A stretch of DNA of 64,000 nt from Asterias rubens. Its lineage: Eukaryota. Shown here piece by piece: positions 57,401 to 64,000 of this stretch (the first letter of the stretch is position 1; each line of letters starts with the position of its first letter). A program made the position numbers and the translations under genes. Below the pieces are notes generated by a model. The model was not told where the DNA came from, ran no database searches, and saw only the letters and a list, made by a program, of their open reading frames with translations. The DNA is taken from contig NC_047063.1 in NCBI RefSeq assembly GCF_902459465.1, positions 1,116,001 through 1,180,000 on the forward strand. Reading direction: 5' to 3'.

Positions 57401-60400
57401 AAGCTTTATTGTGTTGATAGATTCTATCTTTGTGTCCATATTTTATTTGTAGATCCGGACCATTTTACAGATGTTCGGTGCTCCAATCAAAGATGTCCGC
57501 TTGGTCAAGCACAGAGACACAGGTGAGAATATAAAATGTGTGGAAGGGGAATTTAATTTCCCCATCCTTGTTTTTTTTCCCAGAGAAAAAGGACGTCATG
57601 GCTAAGCATTTTTTTCAGCGTCCCTCCCAATTTCTGCTCGTCTTTTTTTTTTAAAACCAATTATGGTCAAAAGCTACACATCTTCCATTCACCGGCAGGG
57701 ACTGTTGGTTTAGTAATTTCAAATAACAGGTTTAGTTATTTCAAAAGAAAGCTCATTTTGTTTTTACAGCATTTGTTTTCTTCAGATTTTATTACTATCA
57801 TAGAATTATGTTGTTTTGCTAGTGTTAATGGGAGACTTTTTTTGACTTAAGGTAGCAGCAGACTTACCAGGTAAATTTGTTGTTCTTGGTGATGTTTGGT
57901 GCTCAGAACAGCCAAAACTATTGAAATTTACCTGCTAAGTCTGCTGTCACTTAACATTCCATTGATAAAGAAATGCGTGTGCGCTATTAAAAAGTGTTAA
58001 TCACTTGAGATCCCAGCCACACATATTTGTTTTGATAAAGATCCAACCAGGTAAGTTAATCTAGTAAACCAGATTAGTTTGAACATTTTGATGAAATTTA
58101 TTTACTATTTTTAATGATTTGTATAAATATGTTAAATCTATCATTTCAAAGTAATGTTTACTTTATAGAAAATTGAGCCTTTAGCTCATCATGAACTTCT
58201 AGACGGTGAATGGAAGATTGTCTCAAAGATCGCAGCCTGCCATTATCGTTACGTTTTGATTTTCAGTTTTTCTCCGATTACTCAATTATACCATTTGGAT
58301 ATCAGAAATAGTCATAAGAAAGAGACTTGAATTCAATTTAAAATCCGTTTTTCTATTTCAAATTTTGATAGTCAAAGAAACAGTCGTGGCAGGGTTTGCG
58401 AACATCTTGAACTAAACAAAACCCCCCACCCTGCTCCATTGACTCACTTAGCAAACACAACAGAGCGCTTGCCTAGCCATGAACACCGTATACTACCCAA
58501 TGGTTGGCTATTGTGTTTGATACTAAGAACACCCATGTTTTGCTTGTTAACACCCGATGTTCTGAATGTTATTGTGCCTCGCCTCTAGGTGCCTCCAGGG
58601 GCTTTGCCTTTGTGGAGTTTCAGTTCCTGCCTGACGCCCAGCGATGGATGGAGGAGAACCAGGTTCCGTGTATTTTCCTGCATGTCTGTAAAACACCCCC
58701 TTTTTTGAGAATCAAGTCCCTCCTTCCCTCCTGAATGTTATTCAGGCATCGGCTTCACTATACACAGAAAGTCATTCACATCTCAATGCAAGCTGTGTGC
58801 GGATACGTGGATGTACGACTGTGGGCTTGTAACTGTGAGGTTTGCAGGTCCTTTCCCCCCCCCCCCCTTAAAGTGAACAGAAGCTGTCACAATTATTCAG
58901 AAACTAGCCACATTCCGTGTTTTTAAAAATATATATATAGTCAGTCCCTACCCCTGGAAAGACATTTTTTTTGGGAAGTCCGTCCCTCAAAAAAAAAAAG
59001 ATTACCTTGGTAGAGATGAACATCTGTCTCTCCATAATCGTCTAAGGTGAAGAGACGTCTTATATATTTATTTGTTCAGAATTATTCCAGAACTTAGTCA
59101 ATCACGTGGGATTGTGTCTACAATCCCAGGTATGGTTTGGGTGGGAAAAACATTCAGGTTCATCAGAATTGAACATACATGCAACTGAACTACATCTGTG
59201 CCCAATTTCGTAAAGCTACTTAAGCACTGAAACAAGCTGAGCTAAGCATACAAAATACGGTTACCAGCCAAAATACTAAGACTGCAAAAACTATGTTATG
59301 ATGTACCAGTTTGCAAGTTTGTTACCAGCTTAATATTGTCTACTTTTCAAAAGCAGTTCTATTAAACTAACAGTAAATGCACACAGAATTCACCACTGTA
59401 GGATAGTGTCAAACTGTTTTAAAGCCCACGACTAGACTTTGTTATTAGTCTTCTTGAAGAATGTAAAACAAGCCGTTGAATTGTTAAACGATCAGGCTTC
59501 TAAACTCAGTTTGCCGAGTTAAGATCTTAGTAATTCTTTAAGCGTTGAGTAATGTGTTAACACATTTCTTCACAAGCTACACACAGTCCCTATCCTTTTT
59601 TAGTTAGTAATACAACTCAATTGACTTAAATTGAATTGTTGAAAATTAGCAAATTTTAATCTAGGAAATTTTGTAGTGTGTTTCAGAAGTTGGTTTTGGT
59701 AGTTGTGTACAAATATGTGTTGACAGTCCATACGAACAGAGAATAAAAAAGACACTCAAACTCTGCTCCCAGATGTAGAAGTAGGCTGAAGAACGTTGAT
59801 GACATGCTGCTATAAACAACATGCAGTGAAGCAAGTGGTTCACAACAGTTTTAAACTGACTGTCCTCTTGTAGAAATGGCTGTGACACTTGTGTAGAATC
59901 TGTTTTTCGTTAAAGGGCTATACATGTGCGTTAACACATTGTGTGTTTGAGCATAAGGGTTCCAGTTCCACAAATAAGCAGCTTTCGCAGCAGCATTTTT
60001 GCGACTTGACTACTGTAATGTCTGCCGGCCTGCGTCCTTTGCCATGCGGCCCTCTTTCATCATTTTCAGAACATGTTATATCTTTGCAGTTATCCAGAAT
60101 GCAGTTATTGCAGAAAATGGACAAGTGCTGTTGCACGCGATCTTTGTTTCCCCTCTTGAGGTTTTTTCCGTTTTCATTTTCCAAGGTCATGCACCAGTAG
60201 GTGTCCCAATAGACTGTTATCATTATGTTGCCATTTTAGCCTGGTACCCTATGTGTAATCATTACAACAGGAGTGATGCATAAGTAGGAGTACAGACAGA
60301 TGGTGGAACGGTGATAGTGGTCTATTGGACAGATTATTTTCTAGCCAGTGTGCCAAGGGTGAACTTTTTGTCTTAGTCTGGTCACTAACTAGGATACTTG

Positions 60401-63400
60401 TGCTTTACCATCTGACAGGGCCTCGTTGTTCTTGGTGGACAGGAAACTCAGCTTGTCTTCAGCTCCAATAAAGATAGAGAAGAAGACTGGTTCTGCTCTC
60501 AGGTATTTATCTCTTTGGAAATAAACAAAGTTGACGTCCTGACATTTTAACCCCAGCAGAGTCTTTTCAAAGGCTTTCTCTATGAGAAAGACTGCTAGTG
60601 TGGAAACGTCAGGCCTTTAACTATTTTGTACATTTATACCATAGGTCCTTTCAGTTTTTGAAGGCAGTGGACACTATTGATAATTACTCAAAATAGTTAA
60701 TAGCATAAAACCTTACTTGGTAACAAGTAATTGGGAACTGTTGATATAGTATAAAACATTGTGAGAAACAGCTTGCTCTGAAGTAGCGTAGTTCTTGAGA
60801 AAGAAGTATTTTTCAAAGCATTTGATTTCAAGACCTCTTATTTAGATTTTGAAGTCTCAAAATCAAGCATCTGAAAGCACACAAAGTCTGCGTGTGACAA
60901 GGGTGTTTTTCTTTCATTATTATTTCACAACTTCGATGTTGTTATTTTAAGCATATGTTGAGATACACCAAGTGAGAAGACCAATTGTGTCCAGTGTCTT
61001 TGAGCAGTTTGCAGTGTCAGCTAAAGATATGATGTAAAGGTGGACAGTCTGAAACCAAGGGAGGTAGTTTGTCAACTTCCTACAACTGGGAGCTAATATC
61101 GATTGTTCACCCAAAATAAACCTTGCTAGATTTGTTTTACTATAATGCCATACTTCTCTAGTTCAGCATCATTGAGCTTTGGAAAGCACTGATTGACATT
61201 TATGTATGACATCTTCTTTCTGTGCGTGTGTAACACAGATGTTGTAATTTGTTGTGTTTTATTTGCATTGATTGTTTCTTTCTGTGTAGTGTGGTGCACA
61301 TAACTTCAAGAGGAGAGAATATTGCTTCAAGTGTAGCATCAGCAAAGATGGTAAGAATCGTGTTAACTTGTGACTGGAGTTTTACGGAGCTGACTACTAG
61401 GTTAATTACCAAATCAAGATACAAACTGGGTGTGTTTGATGATAACTGTGGATAAGCATTGTTTGTTCGACTGCAGAGTCTGAGATTTGTTTGTCCAACT
61501 AAGGTCAAGTGATGCCAACTTGCTTGCCGTTCCACCTTCCAGGTTGAAAGCTTATGGGGATAGAAGTTTCTCGGTTGCAGCCCCCCGCCTGTGGAACGGC
61601 TTGCCTCTCACCCTTAGATCACAACCTGACATTTTTTCATTCAAATCTAAACTCAAAACTTACCTCTTCAGTCTAGCTTACACATAACTTTTCCCTTGGT
61701 CATATTTTAGCGCAGTGAATAGTTTTTTTTTGATAACAGCGCTTTATAAGATTGATTTATTATTATTATTATTATGTAGTCCAACACACTAGTGCCTAGT
61801 TCTAGTTTTGTCAGAGTGAACTCCTGCCATGGCACTTATGCATTTGAGCAAGTAACTTGTCAAAATTTGCTGCGTCCTTTGGATTGGATGTAAAACCATT
61901 TGTCCCTTTTGTTGTGTAAAAGAACCTAACAGATGTAAAAGAACTTAACAAGCTCGGATAGTGTATTTTTGTATAACTTTATTTTCATTTTTTAGTCTTA
62001 TTTCGAACTTTAGTTCTGAGAAGTGCAAAGAGCTCTTAATAATTTAAGGAAAGCAGTGTTTATTTCTTGAAACCATCATATGCAAACTAGATTTCTAAAC
62101 ATTCACCTCTAATGATCACTTGTAAAACTTCTTGTAACCCTTTTATATTAATCCTTGTTATTCAATATTTGTAAATTTTGGTTTGTCCTTTTCATTTAAT
62201 ATGCTTTTTGATTTGTTTTTCTTAAAGATTCGGAACGCTACAGTGAAATAGGCCAGGTAGCATCTAACGGTAAGATTTGAATGAATTGTTTTTGTAAACA
62301 ACTTTTAACAATTCTGCTCTGGAAAGGGTCCCTATTGTATTTCTTTCTAATTCTTTCTCTAATGCTTTGTCGTTGTGTATCATGAGTGCTCCTGTTTTCC
62401 TTTCAGTTTTGATTCTAATGGGCCTGGATGCTCTGACAACGGAAGAAACCGTCACCAAAGTCTTGGAGTACACGTCCTCAGCCAAGATGAACATCAGCAT
62501 AGCGCGGGATTCGATCACGCGCACATCACGTGGTTATTGCTACGTAGAGATGGATACTGTTGAAACGGCCACTCATCTCATGAATATATTGGCCTCCATG
62601 CAACCACCATTTCAGATAGATGGAAAACAGGGTAAGCATTGTGATAACGATTGGAAAAGGAGGTTGGATGCTTTAAAGGCATTGGACACATTTGGTAATT
62701 GTCAAAGACCATTATTCTCACTTGGTGTATCCCAACATATGTATAAAATAACAGATCTGTGAAAATTTGGGCTCAAATCAGTCATCGAAGTTGCAAGAGA
62801 ATAATGAAAGAAAAAAAAGCTGTGCTCTCAGATGGATAATAAAAGGCTTCAGGCCTGAAGTCTTTTATTATTTTTGGTGAGAAATTACCTCTTACCCCAA
62901 AACTACGTTATTTCAGAGGGTACCGTTTCTCAATTTTTGTTGTTATACTATCAACAGCTCTCCATTGCTTGTTACCAAGTAAGTAATTACCAATAGTGTC
63001 CAGTGCCTATAATCTCCATGCCCCCATTGAAAGAGGCAATGTTAACTGTCAGGATTTAATCTGGGTTAGACAGCTAGTTGGTAGAGCAGGTTGGTTACAG
63101 GTTTAAATCCTGTTTTTCTTTATTTCCCCAAAAGTTGACTGTGATTTAATTTACAATGTTTAAAGTGTCTCTTGTTTTATTCTTTCTTCCCGTGGTCAGT
63201 GTCCGTACATTTTTGTAAGCAGAACATTCCAGAGAGACCTGAGGTGGCTGCCCCAGTAGTCGCTGAACCCCAGTGGCCAGCTTCTGTAAGTAGTCATTAG
63301 CTTCTCACTAGTCTAGCACAAACTTTTTCATTTGTCAAAGATGATGAACAGGAAATATTATGTGCAGTGAAAAGAAACTTTAAAATATTGCCAGAATTTA

Positions 63401-64000
63401 TACCTTTAATGTCTGGTGAAAAAAAACGCTTTGATTTTCCTCAGAGAGAGATAAATCATGGTCTTTGATCTACTTCTTAAGCACAGAGGGCACTGTTTCT
63501 TTAAAGATATAACTCCAGGGTTTTCCATAAGGTGGAAATGCCTTCAGTATGGATGTTCATTTTACCAATTCCAATGTGGATTAAAAAATGGAGAACAAAC
63601 TCACAAATTGCTCAGTGGCATTTCACTGCAATTTGTGAGTTTGTTCACCATTTTTTCATCCATATTTATGAATAATACATTGCTAACCCCTCAAGAGCGA
63701 AATTCAAGGCCTGATAAGTTCTCACCAGTATAGTGCTTGTTATGAATTGACTGTATGTAGAATGAGTTTATGATTCCGTTCTTTACATGTAGTATGGCAG
63801 CCCTGAGAGGGAGAAACCCATCACCACTCCACCCACAGTTGCCTCGACTGCCGCGCTGTCATACTTCCAACATGCTACCCTCGACCCTGTCCGTCTGACC
63901 ACTGGTGCCCAGCAGACTCCTTATGCCTACCAGCAGTATGTAGTACAAACAAATGCTACGATACCAGCCCAGTTGACATATCCAACCCAAGTCCTTCTGG
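54494..64000 (+). CDS. RBM5: RBM5/RBM10-like splicing regulator (RRM1, RanBP2 zinc finger, RRM2), 3' end outside the window
   Basis: Exons 54494-54570, 55810-55960, 56312-56671, 57453-57522, 58589-58662, 60419-60502, 61290-61350, 62228-62269, 62407-62631, 63200-63285, 63793-end; phases consistent. RD/RS-rich N-terminus, [52 protein letters not shown]. RBM5 vs RBM10 vs RBM6 orthology is unresolved and exon 1 is less certain. Confidence 0.92.
54665..55576. mobile_element. Composite repeat in RBM5 intron 1
   Basis: 54665-55106 is bounded by inverted arrays of GCCGTCAACTC / GAGTTGACGGC. 55107-55576 matches the DDX20 intron 1 foldback element. Confidence 0.65.
57851..57950. mobile_element. MITE, same family as 37386-37487
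   Basis: GGTAGCAGCAGACTTACCAGGTAAATTT ... AAATTTACCTGCTAAGTCTGCTGTCAC. Confidence 0.7.
60662..60999. mobile_element. TTAA-type element, family A copy (diverged)
   Basis: AGGCAGTGGACACTATT ... GTGTCCAGTGTCT; internal homology to 25911-26276. Confidence 0.7.
61490..61775 (+). mobile_element. 5'-truncated L2/CR1-clade LINE 3' end
   Basis: LRSSDANLLAVPPSRLKAYGDRSFSVAAPRLWNGLP...FKSKLKTYLF* is the typical ORF2 C-terminus, followed by a short 3' UTR and an (ATT)n tail. Confidence 0.85.
62677..63008. mobile_element. TTAA-flanked element, family A copy
   Basis: ttaa|AGGCATTGGACAC ... CCAATAGTGTCCAGTGCCT. Confidence 0.75.

Noticed and set aside
59918-60223. 101-aa Cys-rich antisense ORF in RBM5/10 intron 5
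   Set aside because: No recognisable domain or splice context; three overlapping ORFs of similar length suggest a chance stop-poor stretch.

Overview
This is eukaryotic, AT-rich, intron-rich animal DNA; most ORF-track entries are spurious and genes were rebuilt by hand from exons and splice sites. The organism is probably an invertebrate deuterostome such as a sea star (inference from gene content and repeat families, not verified). Seven spliced genes alternate strictly in orientation: FAM50/XAP5 (+), class II ARF (ARF4/5-like, -), TMEM229-like (+), DDX20/Gemin3 (-), twinfilin (+), TIMMDC1 (-) and an RBM5/RBM10-like gene (+, runs off the right edge). Exon phases are consistent in every model. 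Introns and intergenic DNA hold many MITEs, TTAA-flanked elements, tRNA-derived SINEs, an L2/CR1 3' end, foldback elements and a 31-bp minisatellite. Top observations: (1) a 953-bp Ty3/gypsy fragment (LTR, tRNA-Ala PBS, gag start) closed by an inverted copy of its own LTR start; (2) an AT-AC minor-spliceosome intron in twinfilin; (3) an in-frame, donor-intact partial exon duplication in twinfilin; (4) a 193-bp-arm palindrome of two tRNA-like units in a DDX20 intron; (5) Golgi-stress-type motifs upstream of ARF4; (6) a candidate poison exon in RBM5/10. No CRISPR array, rRNA or convincing functional tRNA gene was found.
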